Origin: Malacoraja senta
Lineage: Eukaryota
Assembly: GCA_038087875.1 (NCBI GenBank)
Contig: CM075989.1
Location: 2,294,001-2,358,000 of the forward strand
Reading direction: 5' to 3'
DNA length: 64,000 nucleotides
The translations under genes and the position numbers were made by a program. The notes under the pieces were generated by a model. The model was given only the letters and a program-made list of their open reading frames with translations, searched no databases and had not been told where the DNA came from. Below, one piece after another: positions 37,545-51,280 of the stretch. Position 1 is the first letter of the stretch. Every line of letters starts with the position of its first letter.

Positions 37545-39664
37545 ATTGAACATTGCCCCGTTTGATCTGTGTTTTCACACTTTACCCTTTCATATCTCTA
37601 TGTCTCCCTCTCCCCTGACTCTCAGTCTGAAGCAGTTTCTTCCCAGCTGTTATCAGGCAACTGAATCATCCTACCACAACCAGAGAGCAGTCCTGAACTA
37701 CAATCTACCTCATTGTTGACCCTCATACTATCCTTGATCGGACTTTGCTGGCTTAACCTTGCACTAAACTTTATTCCCTTATCATGTATCTCTAAACGGC
37801 TCGATTGTAATCATGTATTGTCCTTCTGGTACACAAAAATGCTGGAGAAACTCAGCGGGTGCAGCAGCATCTATGGAGCGAAGGAAATAGGCAAAGTTTC
37901 GGGCCGAAACCCTTCTTCAGACAATGTATGCCTACATTGTCCTTCTGGTGACTGGTTAGCATGCAACAAAGCTTTTCACTGTACCTCGGTACGTTTGACA
38001 ATAAACTACACTAAGGGCCTCGACCCAAAACGTCACACATTCTTTCTCTGCAGAGATGCTGCTTGTAAGTCCAGCATTTTGTGTCAACCTTTGATCACGC
38101 TGAAGGGTTCAGAGCTAAGGAACCACAACAGAAGATAACAAAGTGGATGAAATGTGGGGAACATTCCAACCAATGACTTGTGATAAAAGTTACCAATCAG
38201 GCCATCAATGTTTAAGTCAATTTAATTGCCAGTTGGGTATCTTTCTGACATTTTACACCATGGTGGAGCTTGATGAGAGGCTGGGGATTGATTTATAGAT
38301 GTGAAATGAGATGTTAGAGCATAATTGTCTTTTCCTGTTTCTAAAACTTCCGCAGGTCCTAAATGGTTGAAAAACAATGAAAGAAAAAAACCCCAAAGAA
38401 GTGGATCTGTCTTGGAATGAGTAATGAAGCGGCCTTCTCAATTATTAAAGGCATACTTTAATTCTGTAATAACTTCTCCATGTCTCTGGAGCAATAGCGA
38501 GCTGACTGACATTTAAATCAATCCCTTTCATTCCCTTTTTATTGCTTCTCATTATTTTCTGCGCCATGTGCTTCTGGTTAAGTGGGTGGCTGGACAGCAC
38601 TTGTCCTTCCTGCCCTGCCTCTCCCTTCCTTTGATTTGCTGTGACCCCCAACTGTGTGTCCTCACACTTAGACCAGACACGCAAAGGCCCCGACGTCTGA
38701 TCCAGGTGGGAGGTTGGAACGGGAGGTCAACCAATGTTCCGACCCTTCAGAAGAACAGGATTGATGGGGGGCTGCTGGCTAGACCCTGGACAGGATATTG
38801 TTCTTTGACCTTCTTTGTAAACCTTGCATTGAATTACCTGACTGGTATTAAACAAGATAAAGGGGTAAATGAGATCATCTCACTTCAAAGAAAATCTCCA
38901 CAGACACCCGCAACCTCAAAGGTTTTCTAAATCAATTAATAAAGACTGATGAAAGTCCTCAGTCTTCTCTAAAGAAGAGGCCCCATGCTGCCTAATGGAT
39001 CGCCGCGTGGTGGCTTGAAAGGAAAGCGTTCCATTTAATGAGTGGGAACATGTGTCAATTAATGCCAGACACTTTGCCGAGGGCTCTGGGGGAATGATGT
39101 TGAGAACTTGATCTTGACAGAGGGTGCCCGAGCAAGACCAATGGGAATGGTCAACAAGATTCTCCCTCTTTTGTAATCAACGGGACCATCGACCATGTCA
39201 GTTGCATATTCTGCACTTTGGTTTCATCCCTCTTCTCCCACCTAGACCATTGGTAGGGTTCCCCTTGTCCTCATCTGTTACGCAGACCAGTGGTAGGGTT
39301 CCCCTTGCCCTCATCACCCACCTAGACCATTGGTAGGATTCCCCTCCCCTCATCTCTCTCCAAACACGCCTCCACTTTCAACAGGTCATTTTTTTTAATC
39401 ATTTCAGCGGCTTTCAACATGATGTAACTGCCAGACGTGTCCTCCCATTTCTACCTGTTCAGACCTGTTCTCTGTGCAACACCCTTTGTCCACAACACTC
39501 CTCCCAATGACGCCTCTGTGCAACACAAGAGATGCTCCCTATTATTGAGGAAGAACCCCTCTGGACAAAACAATGTGCACAATTCCACTTTAGATTGCTG
39601 CATGTGGTGGTCCTGACATCGTATCCTTTACATTGCAAAACCTAACGCAGATCGGGCAGCTGCT

Positions 39665-40230
39665 TAAACCATATAACCATATAACCATATAACCATTACA
39701 GCACGGAAACAGGCCATCTCGGCCCTTCAAGTCCGTGCTGAACATTTTTTTTTATTTTTTATTATTATTATTTTTTTAATAAATACTTCCCCCTAGTCCC
39801 ATCTACCTGCACTCAGACCATAACCCTCCATTCCTTTCCCGTCCATATACCCATCCAATCTATTTTTAAAGGATAAAATCGAACCAGCCTCCACCACTTC
39901 CACTGGAAGCTCATTCCACACAGCTACCACTCTCTGAGTAAAGAGGTTCCCCCTAATGTTACCCCTAAACTTCTGTCCCTTAATTCTCAAGTCATGTCCC
40001 CTTGTTTGAATCTTCCCTACTCTCAATGGAAAAAGATTATCCACGTCAACTCTGTCTAACCCGCTCATAATTTTAAAGACCTCTATCAAGTCCCCTCTTA
40101 ACCTTCTGCGCTCCAAAGAATAAAGACCTAACTTGTTCAACCTTTCTCTGTAACTTAGTTGCTGAAACCCAGGCAACATTCTAGTAAATCTCCTCTGTAC
40201 TCTCTCTATTTTGTTGACATCCTTCCTTAA
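39665..40230 (-). mobile_element. CR1 LINE 3' fragment (different subfamily)
   Basis: ERVQRRFTRMLPG, RRRLRGDLIEVFK; (ACCATATA)n tail. Confidence 0.9.
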
Positions 40231-40359
40231 AGACCATCTCCTTTCACTCTGCAGAGTAACCCTGCTTTTCCAGTTGCCTGACACTTTTAATTCTTCATCC
40301 TCCTCTGCGATATTTCTGCCATGGCCCACCCACACTGTTCCAACAAGTTCATGTTCAAA

Positions 40360-40830
40360 GGTTATAGGAGCAGAATTAGGCCATTCAGCTCATCAATTCT
40401 ATTTCACCATTCAATCATGGCTGATCTATCTTCCCCTCTCCACCCCATTCTCCTCCCTTCTCCCCATCACCCCTGACACACTTATAATCAAGAATTTGGC
40501 AATCTCCGCCTCAAAAATATCCATTGACGGTCTCCACAGCAATGGATTCCACAGATTCACCACCCTCTCACTGAAGAAATTTCTCCTCATCTCCTTTCTA
40601 AAGGTAAGTCCTTTTATTCTGAGGCAGTGTCCGATGGTCCTAGACTTTCCCACTAGTGGAAATATCCTCTCCACATCCACTCCATCCAGGCTTTTACTAT
40701 TCAGTAAGTTTCAAAGAGGTGCCCCCTCATCCTTCTAAACTCCAGCAAATACAGGCCCAGTGCCGTCAAACACTGGTCATATGTTAACCCACTCATTCCT
40801 GGGATCATTCTCGTAAACCTCCTCTGGACA
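40360..40830 (-). mobile_element. Older CR1 3' fragment
   Basis: QRRFTRMIPG, FFSERVVNLWN. Confidence 0.8.
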
Positions 40831-41430
40831 AAGTTCAATGTAAGCCTGAAGAACAACATCACATTGTTACAGCACGCAGGACTTAACAATGAGTTCAACA
40901 GTTTCAGATAATCAGCTTATTTAATTTATTTTCCAGTTGATTTAGAATTATAAGTATGACATATTCTCAGAGAGCAATTGGAGGAGCTCAGTGGGTTAGG
41001 CAACATCTGTGGAGGAAATGTACGGGTGACTGGTTTAGATGAAAGGACTAAACATCAATTGTGCATTTCCCTCCACACACGCTGCCTGGCCAGCTGACTT
41101 GGTCCAATTGCTCTGAACTTTTACTCCATATTTCAGCATCTGCAGTCTCTTGTGCCTCGGTATTAATGCTCCACTACAAAGTCTCTTCGAGGTAAGATTT
41201 CCTTTTCTCAACCAAGATCAATGGTCTCGACTCGAAATGCCATCTGTCAATTTTCCTCCATAGATGCTGCCTGACCCTCAGAGTTCCTCCAGCTACCACT
41301 TTGTATTTGCTACAGATTCCAGTAGCTGAGGTCTGTTCTTGCTCTAAGCAGTGATCTCATCACTGTTCTCTCCACAGACACTGCCTGACCTGCTGGTTGT
41401 TTCCTGCATTGTTTCAGATTTATTGTTTCA

Positions 41431-41740
41431 GGGCGGCACGGTGGTGCAGCGGTAGAGTTGCTGCCTCACAGCGCCAGAGACCCGGGTTACATCCTGACTG
41501 CAGGTGTTGTCTGTACGGAGTTTGTACGTTCTCCCCATGACCTGCGTGGGTTTTCTCCAAGATCTTCGGTTTCCTCCCACACTCCAAAGACGTACAGGTC
41601 TGTAGGGTATTTGGCTTGGTATAAATGTAAATTGTCCCTAGTGTGTAGGATAGTGTTAGTGTGCGGGGTATGCTGGTCAGCGTGGACTCGGTGGGCCGAA
41701 GGGCCTGTTTCCGTGCTGTATCTCTAACCAACTAACTAAA
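41431..41740 (+). mobile_element. Full-length V-SINE/HE1-like SINE (more copies near 14250, 15860, 16140, 28135, 31100, 42100, 47680, 51750, 54125, 55070, 56140, 59165, 62665)
   Basis: tRNA-like head with A and B boxes, conserved central domain, CR1-like tail. Confidence 0.9.
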
Positions 41741-42699
41741 CTTACAGTAACCTAACATTTCTGTATCTCACAGTTGCAGCAGTATATATAGTTTTCTCTC
41801 TCGTCTGTCCCCATTCATCTGCCTCCTCTTAACCTCTGCCATGGAGATCACCTGTAAGTAAGTCTCCATCTCAGTCTCCCAACCAGCACTGCCACCTCCT
41901 CTGCCTTTCAGCATCTGCATCTCCACAACACAGCCAATGTGTTACAAAGCTCGGAGTTCCTTGAAATAAATTGGAGTAAAAGAGACTTCAAGGTGTCCTT
42001 CACACTTTGGAGACACAGGGGTAAGGAGGTGGAACCAGAAGGAAAATATCAGACCACTGACCATATTAATATTAATGAAGGAAAGCAATACAACGCATGC
42101 AGCGCCAGAGACCCGGGTTCGATCCCGACTACGGGTGCTGTCTGTACGGAGTTTGTACGATCTCCCTGAGACCTGCCTGGGTTTTTCCGAGATCTTCAGT
42201 TTCCTCCCACACTCCAAAGACGTCCAGGTATGTAGGTAAATCGGCTTAGTAAATGTAAACATTGTCCTTAGTGTGTGTAGGATCGTGTTAATGTGTGGGG
42301 TTCGCTGGTCGATGTGGACCCGATGGGCCGATGGGCCAGTTTCCACGCTGTAGCTCTAAATTAAACTAAACTAAACAAGAACATTTGACAAATATTATTT
42401 TTCTTCCATCGTCTTATCCCAGATGAAGTTTACAAAACAACCAGAGTCATAGAGTGACACATTGTGGAAACAGGCCCTTCGGACCAACTTGCCCACACCG
42501 ACCAGACAGCGGTGCTGAACTACTGTCTATCTACCTCTTTGGTGACCCTCGGACTATCCTTGATCGGACTTTGCTAGCTTTACCTTGCACTAGACATTAT
42601 TCCATTATTATGTATCTATACACTGTAAATGGCTCGATTATAATCATGTATTGTCTTTCTGCTGACTGGATAGTAAGTAGTAAGTAAGTACGTTTTATT

Positions 42700-43780
42700 T
42701 ACATAGAAACATAGAAACATAGAAAATAGGTGCAGGAGTAGGCCATTCGGCCCTTCGAGCCTGCACCGCCATTCAATATGATCATGGCTGATCATCCAAC
42801 TCAGTATCCCGTACCTGCCTTCGCTCCATACCCTCTGATCCCTTTAGCCACAAGGGCCACATCTAACTCCCTCTTAAATATAGCCAATGAACTGGCCTCG
42901 ACTACCCTCTGTGGCAGAGAATTCCAGAGATTCACCACTCTCTGTGTGAAAAAAGTTCTTCTCATCTCGGTTTTAAAGGATTTCCCCCTTATCCTTAAGC
43001 TGTGACCCCTTGTCCTGGACTTCCCCAACATCGGGAGCAATCTTCCTGCATCTAGCCTGTCCAACCCCTTAAGAATTTTGTAAGTTTCTATAAGATCCCC
43101 TCTCAATCTCCTAAATTCTAGAGAGTATAAACCAAGTCTATCCAGTCTTTCTTCATAAGACAGTCCTGACATCCCAGGAATCAGTCTGGTGAACCTTCTC
43201 TGCACTCCCTCTATGGCAATAATGTCCTTCCTCAGATTTGGAGACCAAAACTGTACGCAATACTCCAGGTGTGGTCTCACCAAGACCCTGTACAACTGCA
43301 GTAGAACCTCCCTGCTCCTATACTCAAATCCTTTTGCTATGAAAGCTAACATACCATTCGCTTTCTTCACTGCCTGCTGCACCTGCATGCCTACTTTCAA
43401 TGACTGGTGTACCATGACACCCAGGTTTCGCTGCATCTCCCCTTTTCCTAGTCGGCCACCATTTAGATAATAGTCTGCTTTCCTGTTTTTGCCACCAAAA
43501 TGGATAACCTCACATTTATCCACATTATACTGCATCTGCCAAACATTTGCCCACTCACCAGCCTATCCGTCACCTTGCAGTCTCCTAGCATCCTCCTCAC
43601 AGCTAACACTGCCCCTCAGCTTAGTGTCATCCGCAAACTTGGAGATATTGCCTTCAATTCCCTCATCCAGATCATTAATATATATTGTAAATAGCTGGGG
43701 TCCCAGCACTGAGCCTTGCGGTACCCCACTAGTCACTGCCTGCCATTGTGAAAAGGACCCGTTTACTCCTACTCTTTGCA
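42700..43780 (-). mobile_element. Young CR1 LINE, 5'-truncated
   Basis: 244-aa open C-terminal ORF; very similar to 2724-3875; (CATAGAAA)n tail. Confidence 0.95.
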
Positions 43781-44369
43781 TGTAGCATGTTTTAAATCAA
43801 CTCGCTTTATATAAAATAAATAATATATATTTATATATTACAGCTCGCAACAAAAGCTTTTCACTGTACCTCGATCCACGTGGCAATAAACTAAACTCAA
43901 CTCGACTACAAAGTCCATGGACCCACACATATTGCTAAATGAGATTGTCTACTTTTATGCTTTTATTTATAATTAGGAGATTAATATTGACCTTATGTCA
44001 CTTTATTCATGCATTCTGTCCATAAACAAAGCAACCTGTGATAGTAATCAGACCCGTGGGGCCAGTACCAACAGCAGCGTCGAGTACAATTGCAGTGCAA
44101 TCATTATCTCACGCCCAATGTTTGGAAATGTTCTCCTCCATCACTCCTTTGTTAAACTAGACAAGATTCATTTTAAATACCTATTCCTGGTCCCCCATCT
44201 TCACACACAGTAAGTGTTAAAATCACCCTGAAGACAATGAGGCAGTCATTATATTCAGTGACCATAAAGCCAGCAAATGTCTTGCAAATGTCCATTAACA
44301 CCTTAGACTAATCATCAATAATGAGACCACGTCAAGGAACCTTACGTCCTATCCATCAGCACTGGCATC

Positions 44370-45595
44370 AGCACACCATCCTAATTGACCATCTCCGGTA
44401 TGGGGTTGGTATTGATGGCACTGCCCTAAGCTGGTTCATCTCCTACCTCAAAGGTAGGAGTTTCTCGACTAACATAGGCAACTCTTTCTCCTCCCCAGCT
44501 AATCGCTGCTGTGGGGTTCCACAAGGTTTCATCCTTGGCCCCATTCTCTTCTCCCTGTATATGCTCCCCTTAGGCCAAGTCATTGAAAGGCACGGCATTT
44601 CCTTCCATTGCTACGCAGACGATACACAACTCTATCTCCCACTGAAGCCCAAAAACCAATCAAATCTGTTTAACCTTACCCACTGCCTCGAGGATATAAA
44701 GTGTTGGATGGCCCAGATCTTCCTCCAACTAAATAAGAGTAAGTCTGAGGTCATCCTTCTCGGCCCCTCGGACTCAATCAAAATGATAACAGGCAGCCTT
44801 GGAAGCCTTACCGCACTACTCAAACCTCATGTCAAAAACCTTGGCGTGATATTTGACTCAGCACTGAAATTTGACAAACAAGTCAATGCCGTGGTAAAAG
44901 CTAGCTTCTTTCAGCTTCGGACGATAGCTAAAATAAAACAATTCCTCCAGTTTGATGACCTCGAAAAGATCATCCACACATTCATCTCCTCCCACCTAGA
45001 TTACTGCAACTCCCTTTACACTGGCATCAGCCAATCTTCCCTGTCCCGCCTGCAACTGGTCCAAAACGCCGCAGCGAGACTCCTGACGGGCACCCGAAAA
45101 AGGGACCACATCACCCCGATCCTGGCCTCTCTCCACTGGCTCCCTGTGCGGTTCCGTATAAACTTCAAGATCCTCCTCCATGTCTACAAAGCCCTCAATG
45201 GGCTTGCCCCCACCTACATAAAAAGTCTTCTCACCCACCACTCCACCTCCAGGCCCCTCAGATCGGCCGACTTGGGGTTGCTGAATATCCCACGGTCTAG
45301 GCATAAGCTCAGGGGCGGCCGCGCCTTTGCGGTTGCAGCTCCTAGACTGTGGAACAGCATCCCCTTTCCCATCAGAACTGCCCCCTCCATCGACTCTTTT
45401 AAGTCAAGACTAAAGACTTATCTATACTCCCAAGCCTTTCCTGACGTCCTCTGAGTGAGGGCTACATGTATATATGTATGTAGTTTGTTTTGTTTGTGCT
45501 ATTCTTATAACAAATGTAAAGCACTTTGGCCAACGAGAGTTGTTTTTTAAATGTGCTATATAAATAAATGTGACTTGACTTGACTTGACTTGACT
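44370..45595 (+). mobile_element. L2 LINE, 5'-truncated RT
   Basis: GVPQG.ILGP.LF, HCYADDTQLY, DYCNSL, LQLVQNAAARLL, LHWLPV; (TGACT)n tail. Confidence 0.95.
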
Positions 45596-46309
45596 TTGCA
45601 TCATGAAATAATACTGAAGTGAGACTTGAATGTCATAGGATATTGATTTTTTTCATGCTGAAGAAGGGTCTCAACCCGAAACGTCACCCATTCCTTCTCT
45701 CCATAGATGCTGCCCGTCCCGCTGAGTAATTCCATATTTTTCTGTCCATCTTTGGTTTAAACCAGCATCTGCAGTTCCTTCCTACACATGTTTTCATATT
45801 TATGATGGCAAAGTTGCAAAATAAAGCTTTAATGGATAGAACATGGAACAGTTCAGCACAGTAACAGGCCCTTCCGCCCACAATGTCTGTTTCCAACAAG
45901 ATGTCTGGACCAACCCTTATCTGCCTGCACATAATCCATATCCATCCAATCCCTGCATATCCATGTGCCTATTCGGAAGTCTCTTAATCATCACTATCAT
46001 ATGTATCTCCCCCACAACCCCAGGCAGTGCGTTCCTGGCACCCACCACCCTCTGAATAAGAAACCTGCCCCGTGGGGTCAGTGGCGCAGCGGTAGTGTTG
46101 CTGCCTCACAGCGTCAGAGACCCGGGTTCAATCCTGACTACAGATGCTGTCGGTACGGAATTGGTACATTCTCCCCTGACCAGCGTAGGTTTTCTCCGGG
46201 ATCTTCAGTTTCCTCACACACTCCAAAGACGTAGGTTAATTGGCTTGATATAAATGTTAAATTATCCCCAGTGTGTGTAGGATAGTGTTAGTGCGGGGTG
46301 GGAGATTGC

Positions 46310-47148
46310 TACATTCACGTGGTCTGCCCTGTTTTGACGAATGCAAACAACCCGGCAAATAGGATCAAATAGAACAATAGAGACATCGACTCTGAGGTCG
46401 ACCATCGCCTGTTGTGCCAGCGGAGCCTACGCCAGACTAAGGAAAAGTGTCTTTGAAGACCGAGATCTAAAGGCTCAAACTAAACTGTTGATCTACAGAA
46501 CCGTTGTCCTCCCCACCCTGTTGTATGGAGCCGAGTCATGAACCACCTACAGCAGGCATCTGAGAGCCCTGGAACAATACCATCAAAGATCCATACGAAA
46601 GTTTCTGAGGATCAGCTGGGAGGACAAACGCACCAACATCAGCGTTTTGGAGGAAGCCACCATGACCAGCATCACCACCACAATAATGCAGCACCAACTT
46701 CGATGGACTGACCATGTCATCCGCAAGTCCAACACACGTCTCCCTAAACACATCCTGTTCTCTCAATTGAAGGAAGGTCGGCGAGCCCCCGGTGGGCCAA
46801 AGAAACGCTTCAAGGACAACATCAAGAACAGTCTGAAGAAATTCCACATCACATCGAGCAACTGGGAGCACAATTCACTGGAACGGCGCTCCTGGAGGAA
46901 ATCCGTGCAGGAAGGAGCTGCACGTCACGAAATGGAACTACGCCGTGTCGCAGAGACAAAGCGACAGCACCGTAAGGAGAGAGAGAGAAGGGGGCTCGAC
47001 AACTACCAACTCGCCAGTCTCCACTGCCCACGTTGCACCAAGGTGTGTGGATCACGGATCGGCCTCTACAGACATCTGCAGACCCACAAGTAGACAACCC
47101 TATGGAGAGGACAGTCACACTCGTTTCGAGTGACCGCCAGTGATGATG
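46310..47148 (+). mobile_element. RTE LINE 3' fragment inserted in a SINE
   Basis: VVLPTLLYGAES, QLRW..HV.R....RLPK, KRFKD, terminal C2H2 finger CPRC...H...H; (GAT)n tail. Confidence 0.9.
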
Positions 47149-48688
47149 AGAACAAGTTGTCCTACAACTTTAGGCTGTGCACGCCACACGCAAGAAGAAG
47201 TGTGTGTGTGCAGGATCGCTGGTCGATGTGGACTCGGTGGGCGGAAGGGCCAGTTTCTGCACTGTATCACTTAACTAAACTGAACTAAGCATCTCCTTTA
47301 AACAGTGCTCCTCTCATCTTATAGCTGTGCCCTCGTATTGATATTCCCAACCTGGAGAATAGATTTTAAGTGTCAACCCAAAAAAAATCAAAGAATTTAA
47401 TTAGCTTTATTAACCAAAGCAGGCTAGAATGTGTATTTTATCCAACACTACCTGGTGAAGTATTGAGTTTAAATCATTGATTTTAGTTCAAGTCAAGACT
47501 TGTGGCAGGTGAGGTGCTGAGAGAGATGCAGGTGATGGTTAAACTTCTTATCTCTGCAATGAGATCAGGGACATTTCAGTTCCCACCCCTCATTCACACC
47601 ATCTCGCTGAGTCAAAACCTTCTATGTATCTCCTCACTGGAGTATTTTCCTCCTAAACCCCTTCCTCACTTCCTTTAATTTAGTTAAGTTTAGTTTAGAT
47701 ATACAGTACAGCGTGGCAACAGGCCCTTCGGCCCACTGAGTCCACACTGACCAGTGATCCCCGCACACAAATACTATCCCACACATACGTGGGTCAATTT
47801 TACATCGATACCAAGCCAATTAACCTATAACCTGTACGTCCTTGGAGTGTAGAAGGAAACCGGAGATCTGGGAGAAAACTCACGCAGGTCACGGGGAGAA
47901 CGGACAAACTCTATACAGACAAGCACCCGTAGTCAGGGCCGAACCCGGGTCTCCGGCGCTGTGAGGCAGTAGCTCTACCGTTACGCCACCGTGTCGCTCT
48001 TTGCAATCATTCTAACTTGGCTGCCTTTCACCACTAAAACACCAGCCCAATAATGTTGTTTTTTCTCTTCACTTTATCGTGGTTTCAAAATTATCAATTA
48101 AACCTCACCCGAACTTTACTTGCTCTACCAGAAATAACGCAGGATTCTCACATCCATTTCATTGCTACAATTGTCTGTTCCTGATGTAAGGACGATAGAT
48201 GCAGGAGCAGGAGCAGGTCATGCAGCCCCTGGAGTAGTTTCCGTTGTTCAATTATATCAAGGATGACCTGATCTCGGCCTCAGATTCACATTCCTGCTGG
48301 TTCTCCATTGATTCACTTTCCTGCTGGTTCTCCCTCAGAAATATTCAATGAGTCAGAGCCCACACCTCATCAGTTCACTAGTTCTAGATCACTAGCCTCC
48401 CTTTCATCTGGTATTTTGTTGGTTCACATGCTTGATCAATGGTGTTTTATCATTAATGTTTTATTATTATTAATGTTTAGTGTTATCTGAGTCATTCGTA
48501 ACTGTCACTGTATGTCATGTTGTTACTTGTGGGCGGAGCACCAAGGCAAATTCCTTGTATGTGAATACTTGGCCAATAAACTTATTTATTTAATATATTA
48601 TCCCACTTTCTCATCAATTCCAATATTTTTCAACAACACAGTAGAGTTTTTTTCCTCACCTCCCAATGGGCAATTCCTCCTGAAACTA

Positions 48689-50282
48689 CAGTGCCCTCCA
48701 TAATGTTTGGAACAAAGACCCATCATTTATTTATTTGTACTCCACAATTTGAGATTTGTAATAGAAAAAATCACATGTGGTTTAAGTGCACATTGTCAGA
48801 TTTTAATAAAGGCCATTTTTATACATTTTGGTTTCACCATGTAGAAATTACAGCTGTGTTTATACATGGTCCCCCTATTTCAGGGCACCATAATGTTTGG
48901 GACACATGGATTCACAGGTGTTTGTAATTGCTCAGGTGTGTTTAATTGCCTCCTTAATGCAGGTATAAGAGAGCTCTCAGCACCTAGTCTTTCCTTCAGT
49001 CTTTCCATCAACTTTGGAAACTTTTATTGCTGTTTATCAACATGAGGACCAAAGTTGTGCCAATGAAAGTCAAAGAAGCCATTATGAGACTGAGAAACAA
49101 GAATAACACTGTTAGAGACATTAGCCAAGCCTAAGGCTTACCAAAATTAAGAAGAAAGAGAGCACTGGTGAGCTTACTAATCGCAAAGCGACTGGCAGGC
49201 CAAGGAAGACCTCCACAGCTGATGACAGAAGAATTCTCTCGAAAATATCAGAAACACTCTTCAGGAGTCAGGCGTGGATTTGTCAATAGCCACTGTCCGC
49301 AGAAGACTTCATGAACAGAAATACAGAGGCTACACTGCAAGATGCAAACCACTGATTAGCCGCAAAAATAAGATTGCCGGGTTACAGTTTGCCAAGAAGT
49401 ACTTAAAAGAGCAACCGCAGTTCTGGAAAAGGTCTTGTGGACAGATGAGATGAAGATGGACTTATATCAGAGTGATGGCAAGAGCAAAGTATGGAGGAGA
49501 GAAGGAACTGCCCAAGATCCTAAGCATACCTCCTCATCTGTGAAACACGGTGGTGGGGGTGTTATGGTCTGGGCATGTATGGCTATTGAAGGTACTGGCT
49601 CACTTATCTTCATTGATGATACAACTGCTGATAGTAGTAGCATAATGAATTCTGAAGTGTATAGACACATCCTATCTGCTCAAGTTCAAACAAATGCTTC
49701 AAAACTCATTGGCCGGTGGTACATTCTACAGCAGGACAATGATCCCAAACATATTGCTAAAGCAACAAAGGAGTTTTTCAAAGCTAAAAAAGGGTCAATT
49801 CTTGAGTGGCCAAGTCAATCACCCGAATTGAACCCAATTGAGCATGCCTTTTATATGCTGCAGAGAAAACTGAAGGGGACTAGCCCCCAAAACAAGCACA
49901 AGCTAAAATGGCTGCAATACAGGCCTGGCAGAGCATCACCAGCGAAGACACCCAGCAACTGGTGATGTCCATGAATCGCAGACTTCAAGCAGTCATTGCA
50001 TGCAAAGGATATGCAACAAAATACTAAACATGACTACTTTCATTTACATGACATTACTGTCTCCCAAACATTATGGTGCCGTGAAATGGGGGGACTATGT
50101 TCTCTCTAAACACTAGTGTAATTTCTACATGGTGAAACTAAAGTGTATAAAAATGTTTTTAATTAAAATCTGACAATGTGCACTTTAGCCACATATGATT
50201 TTTTCTATCTCAAATCTCAAAATCTCAAATTGTGGAGTACAGAGGCAAATAAATAAATGATGGGTCATTAGGGAGGGCACTG
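48689..50282 (+). mobile_element. Tc1 transposon copy 2, near full length, defective transposase
   Basis: TA TSD; CAGTGCCCTCC TIRs with internal direct repeat CATAATGTTTGG; ATG at 49042; WTDE, QQDNDPKH, SPELNPIEH. Confidence 0.95.
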
Positions 50283-50419
50283 TATATCCCTTAGTTCTGA
50301 ATTCCCCTACAAAGGGAAGCATGTCAACATCTATCCTTGCACCTCCTCCAACCTCATCTACTGTATCTGTTGTTCTCGGAGTGGACTCCTATATGTCGGT
50401 TGACACCTGTAGTTCCTCA

Positions 50420-51280
50420 ATATCAATCAATCAATATCAATATCAGTTTTATTCGTCACTTGCACATAAAGTGCAAGTGAAATAAATTTGCCAGCAGCGG
50501 TACAATGATAAAGAACACACAAAAACACAATAAAAATGTAACACAAACATTGCCCAGTCCTCCTTCATTTCCCCCCGTGGTCGGGACCTCAACCCTCCGC
50601 AGCCGCCACTGCGGGCGTCCAGATGAATAAAAGTTAAGGTAAGTCCTGAATCGGTGCCTCCCCAACCGGAGACCACGGCTTCAAGTTGGTGGAGGCCGCA
50701 GGCCGGCGGTCAAAGATTTAAAGTTCCCGCCGCGCCGCAGCCAGAAGCACAGCAGACCGCAGGGCCAGCGGTCAGAGCTCCTCTCCAGGGGTCCCCCGCG
50801 AGGGACCCCGCTCCTGATGGTAAGTCCCTGCCACGCCCGCGGTAGAAGTAGGCCGCGTGCCGGCGGTCGGAGATTCTTCTCCTCCGGGGTCCCCAACGAG
50901 GGATCCCAGGCTCCGGACGCTGCACCAGCTGGAGCTCTGCAGACCCCGGCTTCAGGCTGCCGCGGGCCAGCGAATGGAGCGTTCCCCTCCGTTCTCCCGC
51001 TCCACACTGCGCCCGCCGCTGAAGCCCCTGGGCACGTCTCCGGGAAAGGCCGCGCCGATCCTCGATGTTAGGCCACGGGGGAGACGACATGGAAAATGTC
51101 GTCTCTCCGTGGAGGAGGCGACCGAAGCAGTTTCCCCCTTACCCCCCCCCCCCCCACACAAGACACACAAGACACACAAAGAAACATTAAAAACATACAT
51201 TAAAACACACTAAAAAAATAAAAAAACGTTTAAAAGACTAAGGCGCTGCTGGCAGGGCTGCCGGCTTGCAGCGCCCCCAT
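50420..51280 (-). mobile_element. ORF-less CpG-rich retroposon
   Basis: Minus strand ends in hairpin TCACTTGCAC/GTGCAAGTGA (50456-50480), AATAAA and (TGATAT)n. Confidence 0.6.

Noticed and set aside
37252..37719. ORFs spanning X runs
   Set aside because: They are artefacts of the assembly gap.
41431..41500. tRNA gene-like A/B boxes here and in similar copies
   Set aside because: They are SINE heads continuing into SINE body and tail, with no complete cloverleaf.
44321..45454. 377-aa ORF as a domesticated or active reverse transcriptase
   Set aside because: It is a 5'-truncated L2 lacking the endonuclease and RT N-terminus; the ATG comes from flanking DNA.
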